Origin: Alteromonas sp.
GTDB lineage: Bacteria; Margulisbacteria; Marinamargulisbacteria; UBA6595
Length of the DNA: 64,000 nt
Assembly: GCA_964220215.1 (NCBI GenBank)
Contig: CAXPTH010000012.1
Location: 31,170 to 95,169 of the forward strand
Direction: 5' to 3'
Part shown: piece by piece, positions 44,561-55,375 of the stretch
How positions within the stretch are numbered: the first letter of the stretch is position 1
Layout of the letters: each line of letters opens with the position of its first letter
Position numbers and translations under genes: made by a program
Notes under the pieces: generated by a model
Told to the model about the DNA's origin: nothing
The model's database searches: none
Seen by the model: the letters and a program-made list of their open reading frames with translations, nothing else

Positions 44561-45255
44561 GTATGCGTATTCAAAAGTATTTATCCCAAACCGGTGTATT
44601 GTCCAGGCGAAAAGCCGAAGAATTTTTAAAAAAAGGCTGGATTTTAATGAACGACACCCCAGTAACAACCCCAGGCACCCGATTCAATCCCGAGACCGAT
44701 ACCCTGACCTTCTCCCCCGAAGCCCAGCAAGCCATGCAGGCCTACACACTCTTGGCTTTTCACAAACCCAAAGGAATTGTAACCAATTGCAAACAACCCG
44801 GGGAGCGTGAAATTATTGATTTATTGCCCCAACACTACCAACATCTGCATGCCATTGGCCGCTTGGACAAAGCCTCTGAAGGCCTGATTCTATTAACGGA
44901 TGATGGCACCATTGCCAATTATTTTTTAAATAACTCAAGCCCGCACACTCGGATTTACCGCGTTGTGACCGCCCACCCCTTATCCAAAGAACACGTCCGC
45001 CAGCTTGAATCTGGGGTGGATATTGGACACTACATCACCAAACCGTGTCAGATTCACCAACGATCCGCACGCCATATTGATATTGAATTAACCGAAGGTA
45101 AAAACAGACAAATTCGCCGGATGCTCGAGGCTGTTGGTAATCGTGTGCATCGCCTCACCCGCGTTCAATTTGGCGATATTCTCCTAGACGATTTAAAACC
45201 CGGGGACTATCGCATACTCACCGATTATGCAATCCCAGTTCAAAATAACCGGTAA
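44557..45255 (+). CDS. RsuA/RluB/E/F family rRNA pseudouridine synthase
   Basis: S4 domain RIQKYLS..G..SRRKAE, GRLDKASEGL, EGKNRQIRRM. Confidence 0.93.
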   Translation: MSMRIQKYLSQTGVLSRRKAEEFLKKGWILMNDTPVTTPGTRFNPETDTLTFSPEAQQAMQAYTLLAFHKPKGIVTNCKQPGEREIIDLLPQHYQHLHAIGRLDKASEGLILLTDDGTIANYFLNNSSPHTRIYRVVTAHPLSKEHVRQLESGVDIGHYITKPCQIHQRSARHIDIELTEGKNRQIRRMLEAVGNRVHRLTRVQFGDILLDDLKPGDYRILTDYAIPVQNNR

Positions 45256-45277
45256 TAATGCTACTCTAAGAGTTACA

Positions 45278-46195
45278 ATGAGCGACATCATTACCATCGA
45301 AAACTTAAGCAAGTCCTACGCCTCTGGGGTCCACTCGTTACAGGATGTATCGTTGTCTATACGAAAAGGCGAATTGTTTGCCCTATTGGGGCCCAACGGC
45401 GCTGGCAAAACAACCTTAATCAGCATTATTTGTGGCTTAACCAAAATTACCCACGGCCACATTCACGTTGGGGGCTATGACATTATTCATCAATACCGAG
45501 AGGCTCGATCCAAAATTGGACTGGTGCCCCAAGAAATTACGATTGATATTTTTGATACCCCGTGGAAAACAGTACGCTTTAGCCGGTCCTTGTTTGGGCT
45601 GCCCAAAAACGATGCCTATATCAAAGAGTTACTCAAACGCCTGTCATTATGGGATAAACGGAATCAGAAAATGATTACGCTATCCGGCGGCATGAAACGC
45701 CGAGTCATGATTGCCAAGGCCCTGGCCCATGAACCCCAAGTTTTATTTTTGGACGAACCCACGGCAGGTGTTGATGTGGAATTAAGGCAGGCTATGTGGG
45801 AACAAATCCGAACCTTGAAATCCAATGGGGTCACCATTATTTTGACCACCCACTACATTGAAGAAGCCGAAAAAATGGCCGATCGAATTGGGATTCTAAA
45901 CAACGGCCAGTTAGTTCTAGTTGAAGACAAACAAACATTAATGCAACGCATGAGCACCAAACAAGTCTCAATCGAGCTCAAAGACCCACTCGCAACACTC
46001 CCCGATACACTCACGCCGTTTCACGTATCGTTGCATGAAAACAAATTTATTAAAATGCGCTACGATTTTGAACAAGCCACGCATACCATTGCCGATGTTT
46101 TAGACACACTAAAACAAAACGATTTAACCTATGTGGATATTCAAACCGAGCAAGACTCGCTAGAAGATATTTTTGTCCGGTTAACCAAGTCATGA
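45278..46195 (+). CDS. ABC-2 transporter ATP-binding protein (YadG-like)
   Basis: [25 protein letters not shown]; start ATG 45278. Confidence 0.93.
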   Translation: MSDIITIENLSKSYASGVHSLQDVSLSIRKGELFALLGPNGAGKTTLISIICGLTKITHGHIHVGGYDIIHQYREARSKIGLVPQEITIDIFDTPWKTVRFSRSLFGLPKNDAYIKELLKRLSLWDKRNQKMITLSGGMKRRVMIAKALAHEPQVLFLDEPTAGVDVELRQAMWEQIRTLKSNGVTIILTTHYIEEAEKMADRIGILNNGQLVLVEDKQTLMQRMSTKQVSIELKDPLATLPDTLTPFHVSLHENKFIKMRYDFEQATHTIADVLDTLKQNDLTYVDIQTEQDSLEDIFVRLTKS

Positions 46196-46953
46196 TGCTT
46201 CAATCAATTTTTACTATTTATAAAGCGGAACTGTTGCGCATGCGCCGGACATTAATTCAAAGCATTGTGGCCCCGATTTTGTCTACCAGCTTGTATTTTA
46301 TTGTATTTGGATCTGCAATTGGTTCTCATATTAATGAAATTGATGGCATCGGGTATGGGTCTTTTATTGTCCCGGGCCTAATTATGCTATCGGTACTCAC
46401 CCAGAGCATTGCTACCGGTTCATTTGGTATTTATTTCCCACGATTTAATGGGACTATTTATGAAATATTATCCGCCCCCATGTCCTATATTGAAGTGGTC
46501 ATTGCCTACGTTGGAGCCGCCGCCTCCAAAGCCGTTCTTATTGGTCTGCTCATTTTAGCCACATCATTTGCCTTTACCCCTGTTAGCATCCAAAACCCTG
46601 GACTGATGCTAGTTTTTTTAGTATTAACTTGTATTACGTTTAGTTTGTTTGGGTTTATGATTGGCATTTGGGCGGGGAATTTTGAAAAACTGCAAATTAT
46701 TCCAGCACTGATTATTACCCCCCTCACATTTTTGGGTGGGAGTTTTTACTCGATCTCAATGCTTCCCCCCTTTTGGGAAACGGTATCGCTATTTAATCCG
46801 GTTGTTTATTTAATCAGTGGATTTCGTTGGAGTTTTTATGGTCAAGGTGACGTTAGCCTAACCACCAGTTTTATCATGATTGGGGTATTTTTATCTGTTT
46901 CCCTGATAATAATTCATTGGATTTTTAAGACTGGCTATCGGTTAAAGCCGTAA
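46192..46953 (+). CDS. ABC-2 transporter permease (YadH-like)
   Basis: [37 protein letters not shown]. Confidence 0.93.
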   Translation: MMLQSIFTIYKAELLRMRRTLIQSIVAPILSTSLYFIVFGSAIGSHINEIDGIGYGSFIVPGLIMLSVLTQSIATGSFGIYFPRFNGTIYEILSAPMSYIEVVIAYVGAAASKAVLIGLLILATSFAFTPVSIQNPGLMLVFLVLTCITFSLFGFMIGIWAGNFEKLQIIPALIITPLTFLGGSFYSISMLPPFWETVSLFNPVVYLISGFRWSFYGQGDVSLTTSFIMIGVFLSVSLIIIHWIFKTGYRLKP

Positions 46954-46994
46954 GCACTTAACAGCCACTTTCTTTTCTGCTAGACTGGTTTTCA

Positions 46995-47381
46995 ATGCCA
47001 AAGCATATCATTTATACCCCAAATGCCCCCCAGCCCATTGGGCCTTACTCGCAAGCCATTGCGTACAATGGTCTCGTGTATATTTCCGGGCAAATTCCCA
47101 TGCACCCCGATACTGGGGTTATTCCAGATACGATTGCCGAACAGACTGGCCAAGCGTTGGATAACTTAATCGCTATTATTCATGCGGCCGATGCAACCGT
47201 TGCCGATGTTATCAAAAACACCATTTACATCAAAGACATGGACGATTTTGAAACCATTAACCGCATATACAGCACCTACTTTTCGGAACCCTACCCCGCC
47301 CGCGCTGTCGTAGAAGTGGCTCGGTTGCCCAAAGATGTTGGCATTGAAATCGAATCCATCGTGTCTCATGCTCATTCCTAA
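46995..47381 (+). CDS. ridA: RidA family enamine/imine deaminase
   Basis: APQPIGPYSQA, SGQIP, PARAVVEVARLPK..IEIE. Confidence 0.92.
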   Translation: MPKHIIYTPNAPQPIGPYSQAIAYNGLVYISGQIPMHPDTGVIPDTIAEQTGQALDNLIAIIHAADATVADVIKNTIYIKDMDDFETINRIYSTYFSEPYPARAVVEVARLPKDVGIEIESIVSHAHS

Positions 47382-48378
47382 AGATATTCAAAACGCCATT
47401 CAAGCGCTATCCCAAGCCATAGCCAAACACACGGAGCCGGGTGATATAGATGCCGCTTTGTCGTATTTGGTCAAAGTATGGCTCACAACACCCACTGCCA
47501 GCGACCGCAAAATTGCCACCACATCGTTGGACGAGCTGTACCATTCGTTTAAAGTATTTTTGCCCCATCGCGATAGCCGAAAAGTGTGTATTTTTGGGTC
47601 CGCTCGAACACCCAGCGAAGACCCCGATTATCAATTGGCCAAAGCCGTATCCGCCGAATTGTCACGCTGCGGCTTTTTTGTTATTACAGGTGCGGGGGAT
47701 GGCATTATGGCCGCTGGCAATGAAGGCCCCGGTCCGGAACGCAGTTTTGGACTCAATATTGATCTGCCATTTGAACAAGAGCCCAATATCTTTATCAAGA
47801 ATAGCCCCAAATTGGTTCACTACAACTACTTCTTTTTACGCAAACTCTTTTTTATTAAAGAATCCGACGCCACAATCCTATGCCCCGGTGGGTTTGGCAC
47901 CCACGATGAAGGCTTTGAATTGCTCACCCTCATTCAAACCGGCCGCTGCGCGCCACGCCCCCTTGTATTAATGCATGAAAAAAACTCGTCATACTGGAAC
48001 TCTTGGGTCGCCTTCGTCAAACACGAGTTGCTTGAGCGACAATTAATTTCACCCGATGACATGGATTTATTCATGATCACCAGCGACCCCCATGAAGCAA
48101 CCGAGCACATCCGTCATTTTTATAGTCGGTACCATTCTATTTTTTATCGGGACAACACGGCTATTATTCGGCTCAACAGCCCTTTAACAAGCCAGCACAT
48201 ACAGACGCTGACCGATTCGTGTGGGACCGATTTAACAACCGATGGCGTCTTTACCTATTCTGAGCAAACCGATGTGGCGTCTGACCCATTTCCCGAAAAA
48301 CCGGTGCTTCGATTTTTATTTAACAAAAAATATGGTAGTCTGAATAAGTTGATCCATGCAATTAATAACGTGAGTTAG
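47368..48378 (+). CDS. LOG family nucleotide phosphoribohydrolase
   Basis: FGSART, TGAG.GIM.A.N.G, YFFLRK, PGGFGTHDE; start ATG 47368. Confidence 0.9.
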   Translation: MLIPKDIQNAIQALSQAIAKHTEPGDIDAALSYLVKVWLTTPTASDRKIATTSLDELYHSFKVFLPHRDSRKVCIFGSARTPSEDPDYQLAKAVSAELSRCGFFVITGAGDGIMAAGNEGPGPERSFGLNIDLPFEQEPNIFIKNSPKLVHYNYFFLRKLFFIKESDATILCPGGFGTHDEGFELLTLIQTGRCAPRPLVLMHEKNSSYWNSWVAFVKHELLERQLISPDDMDLFMITSDPHEATEHIRHFYSRYHSIFYRDNTAIIRLNSPLTSQHIQTLTDSCGTDLTTDGVFTYSEQTDVASDPFPEKPVLRFLFNKKYGSLNKLIHAINNVS

Positions 48379-48386
48379 GAGTCTAT

Positions 48387-48995
48387 ATGATTAATCTATT
48401 CATTAAGGGCGGCCCCATTATGATTTTGTTGGGACTATGCTCATTTTATGGGTGTTATATTGTTGTTCAAAAGCTATTGTTTTTTAAAGTTAACACAATT
48501 CAAAAAGACGCTATGATCCGCATGATTACCCAACACTTTGTGAATTTTGGCAAACCGGCCACGGTTCAAAAATTAAGTCAATCCCGATCGGCTACCCAAC
48601 GGATACTGGCGATGAGTATCGCCGAATCCGATCAACCACACGATGTTATCCAAGACACGATTCAACACGCTTTGCCCAACACCGCCCCCGAACTGGATCG
48701 AAACATGGCTGTGTTATCCAGTATTATTACAATTACGCCTATTTTAGGTCTATTGGGCACGGTCATTGGCTTGATGGATATTTTTAATGTGCTATCCAGC
48801 GGCCCCATTGATGATGCGCAACAACTCTCCGGCGGCATTGCCCAAGCCCTAATTACCACGGTTACCGGACTGTCAATTACCATTCCATTAATTATTATGC
48901 AACGGGTTATTCAAGAAAAAACACACCGATACATAGCCACATTGGATGCCTGTATTCGCGATGTCGTTGAGCTCTGCAAAAAAACCGCTGTATAG
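48387..48995 (+). CDS. exbB: MotA/TolQ/ExbB proton channel protein
   Basis: PILGLLGTVIGL, LSGGIAQALITTVTGL. Confidence 0.88.
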   Translation: MINLFIKGGPIMILLGLCSFYGCYIVVQKLLFFKVNTIQKDAMIRMITQHFVNFGKPATVQKLSQSRSATQRILAMSIAESDQPHDVIQDTIQHALPNTAPELDRNMAVLSSIITITPILGLLGTVIGLMDIFNVLSSGPIDDAQQLSGGIAQALITTVTGLSITIPLIIMQRVIQEKTHRYIATLDACIRDVVELCKKTAV

Positions 48996-49002
48996 TTTAT
49001 TT

Positions 49003-49422
49003 ATGCGCTATCTTTCAAACCGATCGCCTTTAAAATCGAATAATCAAACAATTGATCTCATTCCATTAATTGATGTTGTCTTTATTTTACTGATCTTTTT
49101 TTCTGTATCCACAACACTCAAGAGCAATCATGGGCTCGAATTAAACTTGCCCGACGCAAGCCCGAATCCACAAAAAACAGCCCAATTAACCATTCATGTT
49201 GACGCCAACAATCGCCTATCCATCAACCAAGTTGTTCTAAACCCAGACCAATTTCAACGCCAACTATCTACCGTTATCCAGGCCCAGCCCAGCATTCCAA
49301 TTGTCATTCGTGCGGATAACAGCTTAACCTACCAATCCGTCATCACGGTTCTTGACCGAGTACACAAAGCCGGTGGCAAGCACGCAGTACTAGCGACAAC
49401 GCGCCGTTATGACGCCCCTTGA
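49003..49422 (+). CDS. exbD: ExbD/TolR biopolymer transport protein
   Basis: DLIPLIDVVFILLIFF, IVIRAD; start ATG 49003. Confidence 0.88.
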   Translation: MRYLSNRSPLKSNNQTIDLIPLIDVVFILLIFFSVSTTLKSNHGLELNLPDASPNPQKTAQLTIHVDANNRLSINQVVLNPDQFQRQLSTVIQAQPSIPIVIRADNSLTYQSVITVLDRVHKAGGKHAVLATTRRYDAP

Positions 49423-49975
49423 TCGAACCGCATTCGTCATCACGGCTATCGTGCATGCCCTCGTTGCTCTATTCATTGCCCTCTACCCCCCCATTGCGCC
49501 AGCGTTAGATCTCCCTCAACAAACACTAACCGCCAGCTGGCATCATGAACCAGAAACGATCAGACCCGCTCCTAAAAAAGCCGTTCAAAAACAGCCCAAA
49601 CCATTAGCGGCGGCAGCCCCAAAAGCGGCACCAAGCGACACCCCAGCACCGGCTAGTGTGACCGAGTCCATGCCGGTTGAGCCGCAACCATTTGAAACCG
49701 ACCGAAAACAACCCGACGTTCAGACCGCCGTCACCCCGGTATATCCTAAGCGCGCCTTAATTAACAATTGGGAAGGCCGGGTCCGTGTGGAATTGCGGAT
49801 TGGAACTGGCGGCCAGATTACCAATATCAAAATTCTACAATCCTCCGGCTTTCCAGAACTCGATACGGCCTACATCAACAGCCTAAAGCAACAACAGTAT
49901 TTACCCCAAGAATTTCGAGGGAACGCTGTTGAAGGAATTTTAGAACAAGATTATACTTTTTCTTTAGACGAATGA
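49409..49975 (+). CDS. tonB: energy transducer TonB
   Basis: N-terminal TM with His, Pro/Lys/Ala-rich linker, PVYP.RA...WEGRV...SSGF.ELD. Confidence 0.85.
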   Translation: MTPLDRTAFVITAIVHALVALFIALYPPIAPALDLPQQTLTASWHHEPETIRPAPKKAVQKQPKPLAAAAPKAAPSDTPAPASVTESMPVEPQPFETDRKQPDVQTAVTPVYPKRALINNWEGRVRVELRIGTGGQITNIKILQSSGFPELDTAYINSLKQQQYLPQEFRGNAVEGILEQDYTFSLDE

Positions 49976-51498
49976 AGTACCCGATACGGCTATGTTTAAT
50001 GATACTTGGTTTTTGCACCGCTGGTGCATGCGCCACCAATACTTTGTTTCTTGAAAATGAATTTCTTCGTGTGGATGTTAATAATCGGGCCTATAACACG
50101 GGGCGATTCAGCATTCAAACGACCCAGGGCAACCCCGCCACACCCTTGGATGACAACCAACCCCTATCGTTGGGCAAACCCTATCCCTGGAGCTCCTACA
50201 CTACATTCTTGATTGATGGAAGCCCCATTGTATTTGGCGGCACTGCCAGTAAACGCGCGGGGAAAAACAGTGTCGTGGGGACCGTTACCCGTCAAGAACT
50301 GGTCGATGGGGCCATTGAAACAACCGTTCAGTATAATACACTGACCATCACACAAACGATTCAGCTCGTCCGAAATCCCAGCACCTTGGTTAAAGATTTG
50401 GTCTTAATTGACTACACCGTACACAACACCGACACAACCCCTCATGCCATTGGCGCACGCATCATGATTGATACCTGGTTGGGCAGCAATGACGCCGCGC
50501 CCTTTCGGGTGGGCGAGCTCGCCATTCAGTCTGAGTCTATTCTTGACAACCACCCTGTGGATTACTGGCAAACGTTTGATAGCCTCAGCCAACCCACCGT
50601 TATTGCCCAAGGCCTCCTTCGAAACCCTCGCTTGCGAATCACGCCACCGGATCGAACGGCTTATGTTAACTGGGGAACACTCGCCGATTCGGTTTGGGAT
50701 TTTAATTATATCGAGGGCCGATCGTTTATTCGATCCGGAGAATCCGATCCGGACACGGCTCTTGCAATGTATTGGGATCCAATCTCAGTACCCCCCAATG
50801 GCACACACACCATTCGAACCGCCTATGGCCTTGGAGGCGTTACCCTATCCCCAGGTGCATTAAGTTTGGGATTAACGGCGCCGGCTGAGCACTACTTTAC
50901 CGACAGGGACCCCATCCCCGTTGTGGCTTACGTCCAAAACACCGGCGGGTTTGATTCATCCGATACAGCATTATCGTTACACATCCCAGACGGATTCAAA
51001 TTGGTGTCGGGCACAGCCACGCAGTCAATCGGTTGGTTGCCTGTCAATGAAACGCGTCAAATTGTATTTAAATTACAACCCCTGCAACCCGGAAAAGGTC
51101 GCCATACCCTAGCCTTACACGCAACATCCAGCACATTACCAAGCAATACAACCGAACGAACTATTACAACCATTGCCCCACCAACCCCAACCCATACACT
51201 GACCATGGAACAATTATCCCAAAAATATTACAAAATCACCGCCACAATTACCAACCCATCCCCACATGTCTTATTGGATCTCACCTATCAGCTACAATTG
51301 CCCGATGGTCTTCAGCTCGCTTGGTTTGAATCCAACGAGAAGCCCATTTTAGCCTTCCCAGACACCAGCCAAGAAACGCTGAGTTGGGTCGTGCACGGCA
51401 GCCACCACATCAGCGACACACAACTGACACTCGTCGAATCCTATGCCGGTATCGGAACCCAAGAATATTTACATTCACTGGCACTTGGGATAGACTAA
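49972..51498 (+). CDS. exported beta-rich hypothetical protein
   Basis: Signal peptide; GARIMIDT.LG.ND.AP and D.ALAMYWDP motifs followed by Ig-like modules; coupled to tonB. Confidence 0.6.
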   Translation: MKYPIRLCLMILGFCTAGACATNTLFLENEFLRVDVNNRAYNTGRFSIQTTQGNPATPLDDNQPLSLGKPYPWSSYTTFLIDGSPIVFGGTASKRAGKNSVVGTVTRQELVDGAIETTVQYNTLTITQTIQLVRNPSTLVKDLVLIDYTVHNTDTTPHAIGARIMIDTWLGSNDAAPFRVGELAIQSESILDNHPVDYWQTFDSLSQPTVIAQGLLRNPRLRITPPDRTAYVNWGTLADSVWDFNYIEGRSFIRSGESDPDTALAMYWDPISVPPNGTHTIRTAYGLGGVTLSPGALSLGLTAPAEHYFTDRDPIPVVAYVQNTGGFDSSDTALSLHIPDGFKLVSGTATQSIGWLPVNETRQIVFKLQPLQPGKGRHTLALHATSSTLPSNTTERTITTIAPPTPTHTLTMEQLSQKYYKITATITNPSPHVLLDLTYQLQLPDGLQLAWFESNEKPILAFPDTSQETLSWVVHGSHHISDTQLTLVESYAGIGTQEYLHSLALGID

Positions 51499-51501
51499 AT
51501 T

Positions 51502-51990
51502 ATGGTGAACTACAAACTTCTCATAGCCGTGTTAATTTCTGCAAGCGCGTTTGGCTCGTCGATTCAAGATGTTCCAGTTAGCAATCGATCGTACCCCGCC
51601 ATTCAACAGTCTTTAGACGCCGGCTATATGGTTCTGGACAGCAAAAACCGATTCAATCCCAACCAAAGCATTAGCCGACAGGATATGGCAACTATTATTC
51701 AAAAATTTGATTCTAAGATTAAACAAAAATATTTTAATTTGTCTCAAAGTGATTTTGAAGAATTGCTACACTTAAGCAACTCATTTAAAACCTATATTGT
51801 TAATGTAGAATCCGACATCACCCAACTCACCGACGCCCAAACCGCATTAACAACCGATTACATGACCCTTCTCAGCGCACACGACACCTTGGCTGGGGAA
51901 CACCTGAAGCTCCAGAAACGTGAAACCCAAACACGTTGGATTGCCTTGGGTGCCGGTCTTTTAAGTATTATTGCCCTTGCTACCAACTAA
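51502..51990 (+). CDS. S-layer homology (SLH) domain protein with coiled coil and C-terminal TM
   Basis: DVP.SNRSYPAI...GYM...FNPNQSISRQDMA. Confidence 0.75.
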   Translation: MVNYKLLIAVLISASAFGSSIQDVPVSNRSYPAIQQSLDAGYMVLDSKNRFNPNQSISRQDMATIIQKFDSKIKQKYFNLSQSDFEELLHLSNSFKTYIVNVESDITQLTDAQTALTTDYMTLLSAHDTLAGEHLKLQKRETQTRWIALGAGLLSIIALATN

Positions 51991-52639
51991 GATTACCATC
52001 GGTTGTGCCTACTTAGTCATTGGATCCCCGGGGTCCAATTTAACCCAGCGTGTTCGCAATTGGATTGACGCTCAAGCGTCCACGTTGTGCATGCCGTTAT
52101 TGGAAGACCCTATTCGTATTGAGCACATTCGAGCCTTGCATAGCGATACCCGTTCTGGCACCCATACCCACACACTGGTATGGATTCCATCGGCCAATCG
52201 CTTGCATGCATCGGTTGCCAATGCCTTACTCAAATTTTTAGAAGAACCGCCGCCCAATATTAGTACCATTTTGTCTGCCCCCACCACGGATGTCTTGGAC
52301 ACCATTCGATCCCGATGCCACCACATTTATTTGAATCAAGCCAAGCAAACGCCGGGTATGCCCAGCCCCCTGCACCGCGATTATGGAGACTCAGAACCGC
52401 CCCTGATTGCATTTGAGACACTGCAGCAGTATTCATTAATTGATCGATTTTCGCAGTCAGAAATCATGGCAAAGAATAAAAAATATTGTGAATATCAATT
52501 ATTATTTTGGCTTGACACCTTGGTTAAACGCAATCAATTTTCACCAATCATGAATCTGATTGTCGAAAAAATTAAGAAAATACAGTATAATTGCAATATA
52601 AAACTACAACTGGACGAGCTTATGCTTGCCATACATTAA
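51971..52639 (+). CDS. holB: DNA polymerase III delta' subunit-like (short, degenerate)
   Basis: IRIEHIR, ANALLKFLEEPP, LDTIRSRC. Confidence 0.75.
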   Translation: MPLLPTKITIGCAYLVIGSPGSNLTQRVRNWIDAQASTLCMPLLEDPIRIEHIRALHSDTRSGTHTHTLVWIPSANRLHASVANALLKFLEEPPPNISTILSAPTTDVLDTIRSRCHHIYLNQAKQTPGMPSPLHRDYGDSEPPLIAFETLQQYSLIDRFSQSEIMAKNKKYCEYQLLFWLDTLVKRNQFSPIMNLIVEKIKKIQYNCNIKLQLDELMLAIH

Positions 52640-52658
52640 ATAATAACAAGGAGTTAAC

Positions 52659-52844
52659 ATGGAAAAAAAACGCAAATCATCATTGGAACAGCTATTGGGT
52701 AAATTCAAGCGCGATTCCAAAGAAACAATTTTGGCCTGTAAAACAAAAGAGTTTTATGAAAAGCCATCCAATGTCCGCAAACGAAAAGTGAAGGCTGCCA
52801 AGCGTCGGACGCGCATTGAGCAGCAAAAAGACAAATTAACCTAA
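52659..52844 (+). CDS. rpsU: 30S ribosomal protein S21
   Basis: LEQLLGKFKR, EFYEKPS..RKRK..AAKRR; AAGGAG SD. Confidence 0.85.
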   Translation: MEKKRKSSLEQLLGKFKRDSKETILACKTKEFYEKPSNVRKRKVKAAKRRTRIEQQKDKLT

Positions 52845-52845
52845 A

Positions 52846-55146
52846 TTGAGCACCGTACTCGACAGCCTTTTAGAACAGTCTGATCGAGGTCCTCTTTATG
52901 AATTTTGCAAAGAAAAAATTCAAAAAAACAAATCTGAATTCTCTCAAACATTAATCCCACTGTATCGGACTTTAATGGGCAACTTAGCCGATGCGGATTT
53001 GCATCACACGATTGCTCAACTGTACTATGATTTTGGTTTTTATGCCAATGCGCTGGAAGCCTGCCTCGATATTTTAGATACTCAAATTGACCATATCCCC
53101 AGTTATGTTTTGCTGGACAAGCTCTATTATCAATCGCAACCCCCTGCCCCGATTATTGGCCAATTTGAAACGGCGCTTAAGCATGGGTTTTGGTTTCCCA
53201 TTATTATTGATTCATTGCCCAAATTTTATGCCGATCACGGAACCGCTGCTGATTTGGTTTGGTTTTATGAGCATTGGCGACAATCCACCGGATCTTTAAG
53301 CCCATATTATATGGAGGCCGCACTGGCCTACCAAGCCAACCATCAATATCACCCAGCCGCCGAGGCCTATTACGCCTATGCAAAAGAATCAGATATCGCC
53401 CGAAACCACGCCATACATGGCTTAAAACGATTGCTGCGTCAGCACAAACACTGTGGGCACAGTTACCAGTGGCTGATCCAATTATTAATTCAAGAATCTG
53501 AACCCGATGCCATCCACGCCGTTCTTCTACAGGTCCGTGCATCCGACTGCCCCCAAACCATGGATGCCTGCTTCAGGCTCGCAACCGAACATTACCCGGA
53601 TCATGCTCGATTTTGGGTTCTCTGGTTAACCATCTACACCCATATCCCGTGGAATGAGGCCCAGTACATGCACATTAATCAACGTCTTTTGAGCCTTACC
53701 CTGTGCGACACCGATACCGAACTCTGGATTACCACCACGGAGCATACGTTATCCCATCATCGCATAGCCATTGCCCATCAAGTCATTTTATTGGACATTT
53801 TATTTGATCATAACCACGATCACGCTGCGTACACGCACTTATCGACGCTATTGGCCACAGAACACGGGGAGACAAACCCGGCGCTTCACGATTTAATGCA
53901 TCGGATTGGGACCCATGAAAACCCTGTCGGGCTGTATTTATATGCCCAATGGTTAATTCAGACCCGGCAATACGACCTAGCCCAACCAACATTGGATCAG
54001 TTATCCGAAACCTCGTACCAGGCAAAAGCCTTATTGCTAAGCAGTGAGCTGGCCAAGCAAACCCGTCATTACCCCGCTATGGTTCAAATTTTAGTGGATT
54101 TAATTCACCGGCACCCATACACCGTTGCGTATCATAACGCTTTAATGGATGCCCATGCTTACTGGGGCATGGAGCAACGCAATCGGCTCACCACACAATC
54201 CCCTAAAACCCACTATCAGCTCGGGCTTCTGGCATTTCGAGATGAACGACTATCCGATGCCATTGCCCACTTTCAAAAAATTCGATTCATCAGCAAACCC
54301 AAACCCCAGCAATTAATTGGCCGATGTTTTTTAGAAGATGGCTTGTATTCACTGGCGATGGATACATTGGCAACCAGTTACGACGAATCCCCCCATGCCC
54401 AAACATTATTTTGGCTTGTTTGCGCCGCTATTCATGCGGGAGACGATGCCGCCGCCATGCGCTACCACCGCCAACTCATGCAAACCGCAATTGACACCCC
54501 CGGCATTACAGAACTGGGTCACGATGTGCACCAACGCCAATTGCATCAATCCTTACCCAAAGTGCTGGGCGTTGCCCTCAACTGGCGCAACCAATCCCCC
54601 CATTTCATTGCCTTGCCCCCAGTGGCGTTTATTACACAAAAACAACGCAATTATGCCAATCTTAATTTTTCCAACCACCACAACGATACCGGCATTTCCC
54701 AAAGCTTGCATCATAATATTCGGGATGCCAACCAAAGTTTTGAGCTAGCCATACAGCTCAACAACGAGCATCCGGTTGCCCATCACAATGCCGCCGTTAC
54801 CCAAAGCGTTTTAACAGAGTCTCCAGCACCAGAATCCGGACTAACCGCAGCGTGTGTTCATTTGATTCATCGCAATTTTTCTGAAGCATTACCCGAATGG
54901 CTTGCACTCACTCAAAAAAAATCCGTGTACTATGGCTTAGCCTGTTTGAATACTGGAGACTGTTACTTTCAGTTAAATCAAGCCCAAAAAGCCTATTACT
55001 ATTGGCAAATGGCTAGTACAACCATCAGCCTAAACCACCTAGTTTATCAACGTTTTTACCATTTGAATCCCAAACGCATAGGATTTAATTCTATGTTTTT
55101 AACAAAAAAAACAAATGATTTAATTCAAAAATATAAAGTTAAGTAA
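52846..55146 (+). CDS. tetratricopeptide-repeat protein
   Basis: Repeated TPR-like helices (HYQLGLLAF...AIAHFQK, LNTGDCYFQL..AQKAYYYWQ). Confidence 0.75.
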   Translation: MSTVLDSLLEQSDRGPLYEFCKEKIQKNKSEFSQTLIPLYRTLMGNLADADLHHTIAQLYYDFGFYANALEACLDILDTQIDHIPSYVLLDKLYYQSQPPAPIIGQFETALKHGFWFPIIIDSLPKFYADHGTAADLVWFYEHWRQSTGSLSPYYMEAALAYQANHQYHPAAEAYYAYAKESDIARNHAIHGLKRLLRQHKHCGHSYQWLIQLLIQESEPDAIHAVLLQVRASDCPQTMDACFRLATEHYPDHARFWVLWLTIYTHIPWNEAQYMHINQRLLSLTLCDTDTELWITTTEHTLSHHRIAIAHQVILLDILFDHNHDHAAYTHLSTLLATEHGETNPALHDLMHRIGTHENPVGLYLYAQWLIQTRQYDLAQPTLDQLSETSYQAKALLLSSELAKQTRHYPAMVQILVDLIHRHPYTVAYHNALMDAHAYWGMEQRNRLTTQSPKTHYQLGLLAFRDERLSDAIAHFQKIRFISKPKPQQLIGRCFLEDGLYSLAMDTLATSYDESPHAQTLFWLVCAAIHAGDDAAAMRYHRQLMQTAIDTPGITELGHDVHQRQLHQSLPKVLGVALNWRNQSPHFIALPPVAFITQKQRNYANLNFSNHHNDTGISQSLHHNIRDANQSFELAIQLNNEHPVAHHNAAVTQSVLTESPAPESGLTAACVHLIHRNFSEALPEWLALTQKKSVYYGLACLNTGDCYFQLNQAQKAYYYWQMASTTISLNHLVYQRFYHLNPKRIGFNSMFLTKKTNDLIQKYKVK

Positions 55147-55200
55147 GTGTTTTTTGGTTTTTTTACTCTTTTAAAAAGCATAATCATACCCGACTGGCTG

Positions 55201-55230
55201 TTGCACGAACTAAAAACCCGCTTGTATACT
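55201..55230 (+). promoter_or_regulatory. sigma70-type promoter in the TPR-membrane protein intergenic region
   Basis: TTGCAC-18 nt-TATACT. Confidence 0.55.
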
Positions 55231-55236
55231 TTCTAG

Positions 55237-55331
55237 TAACTAAGCAAATTGTCCCTCCCCTCGGCAATTTTGCTTTCCTTTCCCTGCTCTGCAGGGAGAG
55301 GTTCTTTTAAGTTTGGGAGCTTAAAAAAGAA
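55237..55331 (+). ncRNA. candidate structured small RNA with C-rich (anti-SD-like) loop
   Basis: Three consecutive hairpins after the promoter; loop 1 is CCUCCCCUC; hairpin 2 (11 bp) is followed by UUCUUUU. Confidence 0.4.
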
Positions 55332-55375
55332 TTTCAAAAATTGATGTTTAGCCTTATATTTGATACTCTTGTATC

